A stretch of DNA of 64,000 nt from Planctomycetota bacterium (GCA_003669585.1 QWOQ01000005.1:131846-195845), one strand, 5' to 3'; shown: positions 10,873 through 21,629, numbered from the stretch's first letter. Made by a program: numbers and translations. Notes: generated by a model not told the origin, from the sequence alone.

Positions 10873-11844
10873 TCAGGTGCTCTTTCCGACCCCATTTACA
10901 ATATTCGGGAGCGGTTCTCCTCGCAGGGCCATCGCCGCAATCGTCGCTGCTGTTTCCCGTAATGTGCGAACTGCTCGCACACTGCACGAAGCAATGTGTG
11001 AGGCGAAAATGACGTTTTCCATCTGCAACATTGGATGGTCAGACGGAATTGGTTCTGGTGTGAAAACGTCGAGAGCCGCCGCCGAAAGATGTTTTTTGAG
11101 TAGAGCTTCGCACAAGGCATCGGAATCGATCAGGTCTCCGCGAGCAACATTGATCAGGATCGCACCTTGCTTCATAGCAGAGAGTGAATCACGATTGATC
11201 ATTCCACGAGTCTGGGGCATTGAAGGACAGTGCAACGAAATCAAATCTGATTCAGCAAACAATTGATCCATACGAACGCTGTGGCAACCTGATTTCTCGA
11301 CGGCCGCATCGGTGACAGCAGGATCGTGTACGAGTACGCGACAGTGAAACGGTTGCAGCCGAGCCGCCACTTCGCGACCAATCCTTCCGAAACCAACAAG
11401 GCCGACCGTCAGATCGCGAAGAGTTCGCATCTGCTCGAGCGGCGTGGCCAATCCCCAACGTCCTTCGCGAACCGCATGGCAGTTGCTCAAGACCTGCCGA
11501 GTGGTTGCGAGCATGAAAGCGAGAGTCTGGTCGGCGACTTCATCAATGCAATAATCGGGAACATTGCAGACGGGAATCCCTCTTGCTTTTGCCGCGAGAA
11601 GGTCGACGTTGTCTACGCCGATGCCGTATCGCACGATCACCCGCGCTCGCTGCATGCTCTGGATTACGTCAGCGGTAAGTGGTGCAAACTGCGTAATCAC
11701 CGCATCGGCGTCGGCAAGGAGCTCTGACAACTGTTGTGCGGAATGTTTTTCTTTCCACGCGGCAATCTGGTGTCCCTGGGGGCACAGAATGCCTTCCTCA
11801 ACGTCGAGGTTTGGGAATGAGTAATCGGTGATTGCAACTTTCAT
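10873..11844 (-). CDS. D-isomer-specific 2-hydroxyacid dehydrogenase (CtBP-like)
   Basis: RYGIGVDNVD, GFGRIG, LINVARG, LDVFTPEP, HIAS. Confidence 0.92.
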   Translation of the reverse strand: MKVAITDYSFPNLDVEEGILCPQGHQIAAWKEKHSAQQLSELLADADAVITQFAPLTADVIQSMQRARVIVRYGIGVDNVDLLAAKARGIPVCNVPDYCIDEVADQTLAFMLATTRQVLSNCHAVREGRWGLATPLEQMRTLRDLTVGLVGFGRIGREVAARLQPFHCRVLVHDPAVTDAAVEKSGCHSVRMDQLFAESDLISLHCPSMPQTRGMINRDSLSAMKQGAILINVARGDLIDSDALCEALLKKHLSAAALDVFTPEPIPSDHPMLQMENVIFASHIASCSVRAVRTLRETAATIAAMALRGEPLPNIVNGVGKST

Positions 11845-11910
11845 GTCAGATCACTGCTTTCTTTCCCCGTGTAAAAGGTCTTGATGCGTCCTAAAAACTG
11901 GACGTAATAA

Positions 11911-11927
11911 AGATTGTCTGATAATCT
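11911..11927. promoter_or_regulatory. Putative FadR/GntR operator
   Basis: Near-perfect palindrome AGATTGTCTGATAATCT in the divergent intergenic region next to the FadR-type regulator. Confidence 0.6.
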
Positions 11928-12009
11928 AATGAACGCACGAGCACTTGGCAACTCACTCCATGTGAGAAACTTTTGTGAGAGGATTTGGTTGGTACGGAAG
12001 GTCTATTCA

Positions 12010-12729
12010 ATGCCTCTTGTAAAACAGATGAACGTGATTGGCCGTCCAAAGCTGCGCACGATTGTGGCCGATCGGCTAAAGACATTTATTGTCAAACACA
12101 ATCTTCAATCGGGCGATCGTTTGCCGACAGAAACAGAGCTTGCAAAAAAGTTCGGGGTGAGTCGGCTGAGTTTGCGTGAAGCCACCAAGTCGTTTGAGTT
12201 TCTGGGGATTCTTGAATCGAAGCCGGGCCGCGGTCTGACCGTTGGCAGTGTGAATATGGAACGAGTCACCGAGTATCTCGGATTTCATCCGGCGTTGCAC
12301 GGCATCTCACTGAGCGAATTAATTGACACTCGAGTGTTGATCGAAACGGGTGTTCTTGCACATGTTTCGCAGCGCATGAAACAGAATGATGTGCTCTACG
12401 ATAAACTCAGCACAATCAATGAGAGTCTTCGTCAGGCCAGGAGTCTGGCCCGATGGATCGAACTCGATAGTGCGTTTCATCGTGAACTGATCTGTGCCAG
12501 CGGCCTTTCGCCCCTGATGGCGTTTACGGACGTGCTTGCTGTGTTTTTCAAGCGATTTCGAGAAAGCATTCAAAAAGCAGAGTGGTCGCAGGGAATTCAA
12601 AGTCATCAGCAGATCATCGAGTTCTTGAAGGCTGGCCGCGTGGTTGATGCGAAAAAGGAACTGCGATTTCATATCGAGAGTCATTCACAGCGAGTGAAAA
12701 CGCCTACTCAGTATCGTGATCGCAAATAG
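12010..12729 (+). CDS. GntR/FadR family transcriptional regulator
   Basis: GDRLPTETELAKKFGVSRLSLREA HTH; FCD domain LDSAFH. Confidence 0.93.
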   Translation: MPLVKQMNVIGRPKLRTIVADRLKTFIVKHNLQSGDRLPTETELAKKFGVSRLSLREATKSFEFLGILESKPGRGLTVGSVNMERVTEYLGFHPALHGISLSELIDTRVLIETGVLAHVSQRMKQNDVLYDKLSTINESLRQARSLARWIELDSAFHRELICASGLSPLMAFTDVLAVFFKRFRESIQKAEWSQGIQSHQQIIEFLKAGRVVDAKKELRFHIESHSQRVKTPTQYRDRK

Positions 12730-12731
12730 AC

Positions 12732-15700
12732 TTGTGGGGGAGACTGACCGTGATACAGAAAAAAAAGCTTCCTCTTCGCTGCCGAGTCTTTGGCGAGTCG
12801 AGTGCAACAACGACACTCTGTGCATGTCTGGTATGGGGCATGGCAAGTGTGTTGGCGGTGTTAGCAATAAGCCAACCCTCAGCACACGCTGGTGAAGGGG
12901 AAGATTTTTTCGAATCGCACATTCGTCCGGTACTTGCTGGAACCTGTTTTCGCTGTCACGGCACTGAAAAAACTGGAGGTGGTCTGCGCGTTGATTCGCT
13001 GGAATCGATTCTCAAGGGGGGAGATTCGGGGCCTGCGATCGTGATTGGAAAACCGTTGGAAAGCCTGCTGTTAAAGGCTGTTCGACGACAGTCCGACGTT
13101 TCCGCGATGCCTCCAGAAATCGACAAGGCGCTGCGAGTCGATCAGGTGAATGCGTTTTCCAAATGGATTGAGGAGGGAGCGGTCTGGCCCGCATCGACCG
13201 TTGCGTTTGAAACGACCAAACATTGGGCGTTTCAAGTCATTAGCGATCCGGAGCTTCCTGAGGTGAGAGATGCCACATGGGGAAAAAAGAGTATCGATGC
13301 GTTTATCCAGGACAGGCGAGAAAAATTAGGTGTTCGGCCTTTTCCTGCAGCCGATCCGCTCACGCTGATTCGTCGCGCAACATTTGATCTCACTGGCTTT
13401 CCTTGCACACCCAATGAAATTCAGGCGTTTCAAAATGATAAATCTCCGCGTGCATTCGAAACGGTGATCGATCGTTTGCTCGCTTCGAATGCGTATGGTG
13501 AGCGATGGGGAAGGCACTGGCTCGATGTGGTGCGTTATGCCGATACGGCCGGGGAGACTGCGGACTATCCGATACCACTGGCGTGGCGGTATAGAAACTA
13601 TGTCATCGACGCATTCAACGCCGACAAACCGTACGACGAGTTTCTCCGAGAACAGATTGCCGGTGACATTCTGGCCGATCGAGGCCCTCGTGAAAAATAT
13701 GCCGAACGGGTCATTGCGACAGGGTATCTCGCGATTTCACGCCGATTCGGTTTCGACTCAGAGAATTATCATCACCTCACGATTCAGGACACAATCGATA
13801 CGTTGGGTCAATCAGTTCTGGGTTTAAGCATCGGCTGTGCAAGGTGTCATGATCACAAATTCGATGCGATCACGATGTCCGATTATTATGGTTTGTACGG
13901 CATTTTTGACAGCAGCCGGTATGCATTTCCAGGCTCAGAGCAAAAACAAAAACTGCGAGCGATGCTCCCACTCGTGCCGCAGTCAGAATCGCTTTCACTG
14001 TGGCGGGCATTCGATGTAAAAGTTGCCATGCTTGCCAGTGCTCTTGAAACACAGAAGCAACCTGTTCCAGCCGCATTGCTGCGTTCGCTCCATGACTGCG
14101 ACGGCGATTTCGAGATGCAAGCGGTAGCGGCAGGCGGCAGCAATGGAGTGCTTGTTCCACCATGGCTTTCCCGAGGAACAATTGCAGTCACGAACGCGGC
14201 ACAAAGTCCGTTTAAAAATTTCTATTCACGAGGAAAAGTTGGTGTACACATTCCCGCCGGCACAGGTGAATACACAATAGCGCAGGCGATTTATCCACGC
14301 CGAAGTGATGCAAACTGCGAGAAAGTCTTTGGGAATTTTGATTTTCGCGTTGCTGCCCCGAATGCAGAGGAAAAAGGAATTCATCGCGTGTGGATTGGAG
14401 GCATGCCGTCGATGCCCGCATTTGAGCTGCTCATTTCGTCAGAGTCTCTCTCTCTGCGAACGGGTGAAAGAGTTGAGAATCTAGGAACGCTCGCGCCAAA
14501 CCAGTGGCATACCATCACGTTTCAGATCGACCTCAAACGCCGGACTGTTTCTTGCACATTCGGAGTGCCTGGAAATACTACAGATTTTCCCGAGAGACCA
14601 CTTTCGCCAGACTACAACGGTGTGATTGAATTTGTTGCGATCGGCTCACCGGCTCAGACAGATACAAAAACCCCATCGCTTGAATGTGACAATTTTGGTC
14701 TGCAGGAGTCAGCGATTGGCAAGGTGACCACAGAATTGCCACAGTCGTCTGCTTTGTTGCCGGAGTTTCATTCCGAGTCGCTGCTCAAGGAACTTGCAAC
14801 GATCACGGGCATCGATGGCGATTTTGAATTTCAGGTATCAGGAAAGGCTCCCGCTGCACCGTGGAATCCTGGTCCCAACAGTGTTGTAAAGCTTGCAACA
14901 ACTTCGCAGAGTCCTTTTTCGAACCTCTTTCCGACAGGTGAGCTTGGCATTCACATGCCCAATCGAAGCGAGTACGACGGTTTTGGACTGGCGATACAGG
15001 ATGGAAAGCCTGACGAACATGGCCGTCTGTTCATCACTTTTGACTTCCGCTGTGAGAATATCACAGCTGGCGGCAGTGGTTCGTGGCGATATTACATCGG
15101 TCATGGTCCGGGAAACTCTGCCGCCATCGAACTGTTTCTAAATGGTAATGAGTTTTTTCGTCGCAGTGCCGACACAAAAGAAAAAGTCTGTCCATTGATT
15201 GTTGGTGAGTGGTATCAGGTCTCTCTTACGTTTGATACCAAAGCAAAAACCTACACAGGTAGGCTTTCCTCCCAAACGTCATCGGTCGAATACAGCGGTC
15301 AGGCGGCGACTGGCTGGGATGGAACAATTGACTACACATTTATCGATAGCTACGGCCACATTCCGGGAGTGCGGCCTTCGCTCGACGCAGACAACTTCTC
15401 CATCTCATCCTCTGCGCGGCCGCTGCTCGATCTCACTGCGATTGAGGCGTTGCAAGCAGCCCGAATATCGTATCGTGAAAAGGCATCTGAAATGCGAAGG
15501 CAGATTGCTGCACGGGTAGAAAGCAATAAAAGTCGAACGCAGGAACTTAGCGCACTGCTGACCGATGGCCCCTTCGAAATGACGTATGGCATGGCTGAAG
15601 GCACGCCCCACAATGTTCGGATGCAGATGCGAGGTGAGCCGGATCAGCCCGGCATCGAAGTGCCACGAGGATTTATTCAGGCTCTTGGTGAGAGTCGGGT

Positions 15701-16616
15701 GATTGATGAGAGTTCTGGAAGCGGTCGGCTCGAACTTGCGCAGTGGCTTTCGGGATCAAAGAACCCACTCACGGCACGAGTTATGGTCAACCGAATTTGG
15801 CAATATCACTTTGGACGAGGGCTCGTTCAAACGCCGAATGACTTTGGTGTCCGCGGAAAACCACCAACGCATCCCGAGCTTCTGGATCACCTTGCAAACA
15901 AATTTATTCACAGTGGATGGAGCGTCAAAGCGATGCATCGTGAAATTATGTTGAGTGCGACGTACCAGCAGGCATCGAGAAGCGATGTGAGCGATGCGTT
16001 GTTGTCTGATCAATCAGCACACGATGCCACGGATGCCTACATCGGTTTCTCACGACGGCGATTGGATGCGGAAGAAATTCGCGACGCCATTCTCTTTGTC
16101 AGCGAACAACTCGATACGGAGCCTGCGAGAGAGCATCCTTTTCCAACGCCGATCAACTGGGGATTTACTCAGCATGGCCCGTTTAATGCCGTCTACGACC
16201 ATAACAAACGCAGCATCTACCTCATGACTCAGAGGCTTAAACGCCATCCATTTCTCGCCCTTTTTGACGGTGCTGATCCCAACGCAACCACCGCTGATCG
16301 CCTCAACACAACCGTGCCGACACAGGCTCTCTTTTTTTTAAACGATCCGTTTGTTCATGAAAAAGCTGAAAAATGGGCCGCTCGTCTTGTGAGTCAATCA
16401 TCCAAGGAAGGTGACTGGGTCGATCTGGTATGGCTTCACGCCATGGGGCACACTCCAAACGATGTCGAGCGGTCTGAGGCGACAGAATTTCTTGCTCTTT
16501 CTCGCGCCGAACTCGCTGGAACAAAACGAATACCGGCCGATCAATGTTCACTCGATTCATTGGCGGCCTACATTCGAACGCTTTTTGGAAGCAATGAATT
16601 TCTTCACGTAGACTGA
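12732..16616 (+). CDS. Planctomycete cytochrome c + DUF1549/DUF1553 (PSD1) protein
   Basis: CFRCHG, HWAF, GERWGRHWLDVVRYADT, CARCHDHKFD, NPLTARVMVNRIWQYHFG, TTVPTQALF; start uncertain. Confidence 0.9.
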   Translation: MWGRLTVIQKKKLPLRCRVFGESSATTTLCACLVWGMASVLAVLAISQPSAHAGEGEDFFESHIRPVLAGTCFRCHGTEKTGGGLRVDSLESILKGGDSGPAIVIGKPLESLLLKAVRRQSDVSAMPPEIDKALRVDQVNAFSKWIEEGAVWPASTVAFETTKHWAFQVISDPELPEVRDATWGKKSIDAFIQDRREKLGVRPFPAADPLTLIRRATFDLTGFPCTPNEIQAFQNDKSPRAFETVIDRLLASNAYGERWGRHWLDVVRYADTAGETADYPIPLAWRYRNYVIDAFNADKPYDEFLREQIAGDILADRGPREKYAERVIATGYLAISRRFGFDSENYHHLTIQDTIDTLGQSVLGLSIGCARCHDHKFDAITMSDYYGLYGIFDSSRYAFPGSEQKQKLRAMLPLVPQSESLSLWRAFDVKVAMLASALETQKQPVPAALLRSLHDCDGDFEMQAVAAGGSNGVLVPPWLSRGTIAVTNAAQSPFKNFYSRGKVGVHIPAGTGEYTIAQAIYPRRSDANCEKVFGNFDFRVAAPNAEEKGIHRVWIGGMPSMPAFELLISSESLSLRTGERVENLGTLAPNQWHTITFQIDLKRRTVSCTFGVPGNTTDFPERPLSPDYNGVIEFVAIGSPAQTDTKTPSLECDNFGLQESAIGKVTTELPQSSALLPEFHSESLLKELATITGIDGDFEFQVSGKAPAAPWNPGPNSVVKLATTSQSPFSNLFPTGELGIHMPNRSEYDGFGLAIQDGKPDEHGRLFITFDFRCENITAGGSGSWRYYIGHGPGNSAAIELFLNGNEFFRRSADTKEKVCPLIVGEWYQVSLTFDTKAKTYTGRLSSQTSSVEYSGQAATGWDGTIDYTFIDSYGHIPGVRPSLDADNFSISSSARPLLDLTAIEALQAARISYREKASEMRRQIAARVESNKSRTQELSALLTDGPFEMTYGMAEGTPHNVRMQMRGEPDQPGIEVPRGFIQALGESRVIDESSGSGRLELAQWLSGSKNPLTARVMVNRIWQYHFGRGLVQTPNDFGVRGKPPTHPELLDHLANKFIHSGWSVKAMHREIMLSATYQQASRSDVSDALLSDQSAHDATDAYIGFSRRRLDAEEIRDAILFVSEQLDTEPAREHPFPTPINWGFTQHGPFNAVYDHNKRSIYLMTQRLKRHPFLALFDGADPNATTADRLNTTVPTQALFFLNDPFVHEKAEKWAARLVSQSSKEGDWVDLVWLHAMGHTPNDVERSEATEFLALSRAELAGTKRIPADQCSLDSLAAYIRTLFGSNEFLHVD

Positions 16617-16623
16617 GGGTCTT

Positions 16624-18039
16624 ATGCGTTACAAATCTCAGTTTGATCAATCGCGTCGAGGCGTTTTGCGTTCGATGGTCGCTGGCTCGCTCCTCATGCC
16701 GGGGATTGTGTCGCACCTACTCTCACAGGATGCCAACGCAGAAAATGCGGACAATCCACTGGCTGTTCGTCCGACGCATTTTCCACCGAAGGCAAAGCGA
16801 GTTATTTTTCTCTACATGAGTGGCGGAGTTTCTCACGTCGATTCATGGGATCCCAAGCCAAAGCTCTTTGCCGACGCCGGAAAGACAGTCCCTATTCGAG
16901 AGTTTCAAGGCCGCAAGGGGGACTACAGCATGTTTCTCAAGCGACCGCAGTGGGAATTTTCTGCGCACGGGAAATGCGGCACTCATGTCAGTTCACTTTT
17001 TCCACATATGGCAAAGTGTGTTGACGATCTATGCGTTGTTCGATCAATGAAGTCGGACCACACCAACCACTACGAAGCAACGTTGGGAATTCATACCGGA
17101 TCATTTACGTTTGCCAGGCCAAGTATCGGTTCGTGGGTGAGTTACGGTCTTGGTACGGAAAATCAAAATCTTCCATCGTTTGTTGTGATTGCACCGCAAT
17201 CTCCTTACGCGGGCGGACAGGTCTGGGGGAGTGATTTTCTGCCTGGTGCACATCAGGGAACGCTGATGGTTCCCGGTGCTCAGCCAGTTTCAAATATTAC
17301 GCGCCGCGCTGTCAGCGATCGGCTGCAACAATTAGAGCTTGGAACATTATCCAGAATGAATCAGCGGCATCTTGATTCTCGACGAGGTGATCCGCTGCTC
17401 ACTGCGAGAATCAAATCTTTTGAGACAGCATTCGGTATGCAGGCGGAAATGCCCGAAGTGTTCGATCTCTCAAAGGAGACCGACGCAACGCTGAGTCTCT
17501 ACGGATTAGAACGAGGAAGTACAAAGGGATTTGCATGGCAGTGCCTTATTGCTCGCCGGCTTGCCGAGCACGGAGTTCGTTTTGTCGAGCTGATTGATGT
17601 TGGATCATCGTCGAATTGGGATGCCCATGGCGACATGCTCACACACGCCCCGCTGGCGAAAAATGTAGATCAACCAATAGCCGGCCTGCTGTGCGACTTA
17701 AAGCAGCGGGGCATGCTGGATGATACGCTCGTTGTCTGGACCACTGAATTTGGTCGGACTCCCTTTAATGCTGCCGCCGGTGCCGCAGGACGCGAGCACC
17801 ATCACTGGGTTTTTTCATCGTGGCTGGCAGGTGCAGGAGTAAAGCCTGGAATCACCTACGGCGAATCGGACGAGTACGGAATCGATGTAGCTCAGGATCC
17901 GGTTCACGTTCATGATTTTCATGCGACGATTCTGCATCTGCTTGGTCTGGATCACACAAAACTGACATATCGTCACACTGGCCGTGACTATCGACTGACC
18001 GACGTGCACGGTCGCGTGGTACACGAAATTCTGGCCTGA
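16624..18039 (+). CDS. DUF1501 (sulfatase-like) protein, Tat signal
   Basis: SRRGVL, AKRVIFLYMSGGVSHVD, WDAH, EFGRTP, HVHDFHATIL. Confidence 0.92.
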   Translation: MRYKSQFDQSRRGVLRSMVAGSLLMPGIVSHLLSQDANAENADNPLAVRPTHFPPKAKRVIFLYMSGGVSHVDSWDPKPKLFADAGKTVPIREFQGRKGDYSMFLKRPQWEFSAHGKCGTHVSSLFPHMAKCVDDLCVVRSMKSDHTNHYEATLGIHTGSFTFARPSIGSWVSYGLGTENQNLPSFVVIAPQSPYAGGQVWGSDFLPGAHQGTLMVPGAQPVSNITRRAVSDRLQQLELGTLSRMNQRHLDSRRGDPLLTARIKSFETAFGMQAEMPEVFDLSKETDATLSLYGLERGSTKGFAWQCLIARRLAEHGVRFVELIDVGSSSNWDAHGDMLTHAPLAKNVDQPIAGLLCDLKQRGMLDDTLVVWTTEFGRTPFNAAAGAAGREHHHWVFSSWLAGAGVKPGITYGESDEYGIDVAQDPVHVHDFHATILHLLGLDHTKLTYRHTGRDYRLTDVHGRVVHEILA

Positions 18040-18119
18040 CGCTATTTCTTCATTACGCATTTGACGCTAAAAAATAGAACGTCGACGAATGTAAAAGTGT
18101 TCTTGTTTTTACAAAGCAA

Positions 18120-18476
18120 GTGTTTGTCCTTGCAAACGCGTTGAACTCTTTACGGAAAGTTTCTTGGTGCCGCACCAAGCCTTGGGTCACAGTGAATACA
18201 AAAGAAGATCGGACATTCGCGAGCCACTACGCGTATTCGATCGTTCAGGCAGACGGTTTGTTCGATTTGGAACGCAAGGCGAATGAAGGTGATGCCGGCG
18301 ATCTATTTTCGCAAGGGAAGAGCTTGTCCGATTCCGAACCTGATCAGCATCCAAATTCTCGCTGGTGGGATGGCAGCAAATCAGAACTCCACATCAGCAA
18401 CATTCGCTTTCTTTCAGATCATAAGATATCTTTTTCGACGAAGCGGAGCGATCCATCGACTGAGAAAAACAAATAA
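18120..18476 (+). pseudogene. C-terminal fragment of an M6-family (immune inhibitor A-like) metalloprotease
   Basis: IVQADGLFDLE...GDAGDLF...PNSRWWDG typical of M6 C-termini; no catalytic part. Confidence 0.5.
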
Positions 18477-18743
18477 GCCACGAGAAAATTTTGCGACGAT
18501 GAGCGTGGTTGAAGGGTGCGTTTTGCGGCTGAAATCGTGATGAGAGTGTGGCCGTCGCGAGGCTTTGTTCAAGCTGTAAAGCCGGCGCGAAAGCCTGGAG
18601 TGTTTTTGAAAACATTTCAACGGCGAAAGTTCGCCAGCAGTCCCATCGACACGAGAAAGTTGTCGCGGGCAATTGATTTGCTATTCTAAAGAGCGAGGTG
18701 TCTCGTTTACAACAATCCACGTTTGCAAAAAGTAAAGTAAGCC

Positions 18744-21251
18744 ATGAACATTCTGACGCGTTGCCTGTTGCCGGTCGTGATGGTGCTGATGTGGAGCGAT
18801 GTCGCGACGCTGCCTGCCGCTGATCCCTTCGGCCCCTCGGTGACGGATCTTACACTTGAGCAGGCGGTCAAACTTGCCGGCACGCAAGGTGATCTGGAGC
18901 TCAGCCATCTCCGCGTCTTGCCGCCGCAGGTTGCTGCGATGCTCGCCCGTTCCACTGGCTCGATTCAGCTCAACGGTCTCGCGTCACTCTCGCCGGAGTC
19001 GGCCGCCGCCCTGTCGCAGCCAGACGCCTTCCTCGAGTTAGATGGTCTCACCGAACTGCCGCTCGACACCGCCCGGGCCCTCATCACCGTCACGAACCCG
19101 CGATCCCTCACGCTCCGGGGCCTGCAATCCATCAGCGACGAGGTTGCAGAGCTGATGGGGCAGCACAGCGGCTATCTGAGGCTGTCGGGCTTGGAGTCCG
19201 TCACCGACCGACAGATTGAACTGCTCACTGCACACCGGGGATTTCTTGGGCTCTCCGGCCTGCAGCAGCTTTCCGAACGGGCCGCCAAAGCGATCGGACA
19301 ACACGAAGGGATTCTCGGGCTCAATGGTCTCACGTCGCTTTCGCCAGAGGCGGCGGTAGCCCTCGCACCGCACGCCCAGTTTATACGGATGGATGGTCTC
19401 AAGACGATCTCGGACGAGGTCGCCACGGCTCTCGCCCAACACAAAGGCCCGCTGGGGCTTCACGGGATCACCACGCTCTCCGACACCTCGGCCGAATCGC
19501 TGGCCCAACACAAGGGCACCCTCTATCTGATGGGACTGGAAACGCTCTCTGACCGGGCCGCCAAAGCGCTCAGGACCAACCCCGAGATCCGTCTTCCAGC
19601 GCGATTCGGTCTGCAGGCATCGACAAGCCTGCAGGCGACCGCTCCCGCCGATGCCCCGCCCGCTCCGCCTTCTGACCACCAGTCGCAGCGCACCAAGGAG
19701 CTCATCGCCGCCGGCCGGCCCATCGATGCCGGCAAACTGGAGATCGAGAGTCGCTTCCATCTGGCCAGAGGGATGTGGAGCTACGACGGCCTCGAGACGC
19801 TCAACGAGGCGTGGGCCGAGGAGGCTATCGACGAGGCCGAACGGGCCCGTCTCAATAGCGTTCGGGAGTTCAGCCCGGCCTGGTGGCGTGAAATGGAATA
19901 TCGCTACGGCATGCATCCGCCTGTGCCGGAGAGCCATCAGGATTTCACCGTGGCGATTGGGCTCATCCGCACTCAGGCGAACGTCGTGGGCGGAAGCTCG
20001 CCCGGCATGGTCTCGAGTTGCCGTCTCTGCCATTCAACGATGCTTTTTACGAGTCCCGATCCCCGTAATCCCGAGCCGCGTTTTGCGGAGGGCATTCCAA
20101 ACGCGTTTCTCGACTTCGAGCGATTCCATCAGAACGTCGCGACGAGCGGTGGAACGAGCCCTGGCTTCCTGTTTGCAAAAAACCTCCCCAGATTCTTCGT
20201 TGACTCCGCCGACTTCTTCGGAATCCTTGTGCCCGTGGTCCGGCCCGACGGGCTCAAGCCGAGCCTGCTCCGCTACGACAAGTTTTTCGTGGCCGACCAC
20301 GGTAGCAGCTACACCAAGAAGATCGAGGGGCAGGTGCCGCTGATTCCGTTCCTCAAGCCCCTGCCCTGGACCAATTACAAATACAAGACTGCTGGCACAG
20401 AGGGTCAAGGACTCTATGTCGACGGCGGCTTTACCGGCAACGTCGCCGATGTGACCTATGCGATGGCGATCAGCCGCGACCACCTCGGCGCCGATTACGC
20501 CGATGCCCGTGAGGTGTTCGCGCATTGCGTTCCCGAGTATTTCAAATCGCTCACCACGCCTCGGTATCCGTTCATCGGCGACGTCAGTGAAGAGCAGGCC
20601 GACGCGGGGCACGCGGTCTTCGTGGAGACCTGTGCGCGTTGCCACGGTGACTTCAAAAAGACCGGATCGAAAACCTACGACCTCGTGAGCTTCCCCAACA
20701 CGCTCGTGGACCAGGATGAGCTCGGCACCGATCCGCTGCGGATCACGGGAGTATTTGATATGGACGCCGAGGAGAAGAAGCGATTCCTGAGCGGCACTGT
20801 GACGTTGACGCACAAGTATGTTGCACCCCCCTTGGTGGGCATCTGGGCCCGCGGCCCCTATCTCCACAATGCGTCGGTGCCCACGGTCTACAATCTGCTC
20901 AAGTCTTCGAGCCGGCCGCGAAAATACTCCATGCGTCCGACCAGCACCGATCCAAATAACTACGATCAGGCCCGCATCGGTTGGAAGTTTGTTGACGAAT
21001 CGGCCAAGAGCCACCAGCAGATTCTAGAGCAGATGGAACAGGAGCCATACGTGCGGATTTTTGATCCCGACTGGCGATCGCCGGAACAATGGGAAGCGCT
21101 TCGACAGTCGCTGGCCAACGTCAAGAGCGTGAAGGTCGACCCCACAAAGCCGGAGCTCTACACCGGCATGCTCAACACCGGCCACACCTTCGGCGACGAT
21201 CTTTCGGAGGAGCAGCGACTGGCGGTGCTCGAGTTTCTCAAGTGCCTGTAG
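18744..21251 (+). CDS. Secreted LRR-like repeat + di-heme cytochrome c (RoxA/CCP-like) protein
   Basis: Signal peptide; ~22-aa repeats LxLxGLxxLSxxxAxAL; CRLCH and CARCH; YVAPPLVGIWARGPYLHNASVPT; GHTFG...LEFLK. Confidence 0.8.
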   Translation: MNILTRCLLPVVMVLMWSDVATLPAADPFGPSVTDLTLEQAVKLAGTQGDLELSHLRVLPPQVAAMLARSTGSIQLNGLASLSPESAAALSQPDAFLELDGLTELPLDTARALITVTNPRSLTLRGLQSISDEVAELMGQHSGYLRLSGLESVTDRQIELLTAHRGFLGLSGLQQLSERAAKAIGQHEGILGLNGLTSLSPEAAVALAPHAQFIRMDGLKTISDEVATALAQHKGPLGLHGITTLSDTSAESLAQHKGTLYLMGLETLSDRAAKALRTNPEIRLPARFGLQASTSLQATAPADAPPAPPSDHQSQRTKELIAAGRPIDAGKLEIESRFHLARGMWSYDGLETLNEAWAEEAIDEAERARLNSVREFSPAWWREMEYRYGMHPPVPESHQDFTVAIGLIRTQANVVGGSSPGMVSSCRLCHSTMLFTSPDPRNPEPRFAEGIPNAFLDFERFHQNVATSGGTSPGFLFAKNLPRFFVDSADFFGILVPVVRPDGLKPSLLRYDKFFVADHGSSYTKKIEGQVPLIPFLKPLPWTNYKYKTAGTEGQGLYVDGGFTGNVADVTYAMAISRDHLGADYADAREVFAHCVPEYFKSLTTPRYPFIGDVSEEQADAGHAVFVETCARCHGDFKKTGSKTYDLVSFPNTLVDQDELGTDPLRITGVFDMDAEEKKRFLSGTVTLTHKYVAPPLVGIWARGPYLHNASVPTVYNLLKSSSRPRKYSMRPTSTDPNNYDQARIGWKFVDESAKSHQQILEQMEQEPYVRIFDPDWRSPEQWEALRQSLANVKSVKVDPTKPELYTGMLNTGHTFGDDLSEEQRLAVLEFLKCL

Positions 21252-21329
21252 CCTGGGCCCGAACGGAAAAAAGGGGAGCAGGACCAATAGGAGTGTGCGG
21301 CTGAAAGACATCGACCATACGCTCGTATT

Positions 21330-21607
21330 GGTCGACATCTATTTTGAGTCACAATCAAAACGGGCATCATAGGCTTCAAACGTATTGTGTGATCATCGCC
21401 TGTCTTTTGATCAGCGTGTGGACAAGCCGCAAGCCGACGAAACGGACCTACGAGATGATTTGCTTTTGCTTCCTTGGCTTGGCCTGACTGCCACCGCGAG
21501 TCACCCACGACAAGTTATTCTGACAGTCGATTCTCTCTCCCCGCCGTCCCGCCCGCTCTTGCGTTTCACTACAGCGAATACAGCGAATGTCGTGCCGAAC
21601 AGTATTG
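21330..21607 (+). mobile_element. Decayed IS4-family transposase 3' remnant and probable right end
   Basis: Frameshifted reading LQTYCVIIACLLISVWTSRKPTKRTYEMICF resembles planctomycete IS4 transposase C-termini; ends at TGCCGAACAGTATTG. Confidence 0.55.
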
Positions 21608-21629
21608 GGTCAGATCTCTTTTAAATCCC

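Noticed and set aside
19038-21014. Long antisense ORFs (also 32563-33606, 36593-37609, 51691-52791)
   Set aside because: Shadows of high-GC genes on the opposite strand, with no recognisable motifs.
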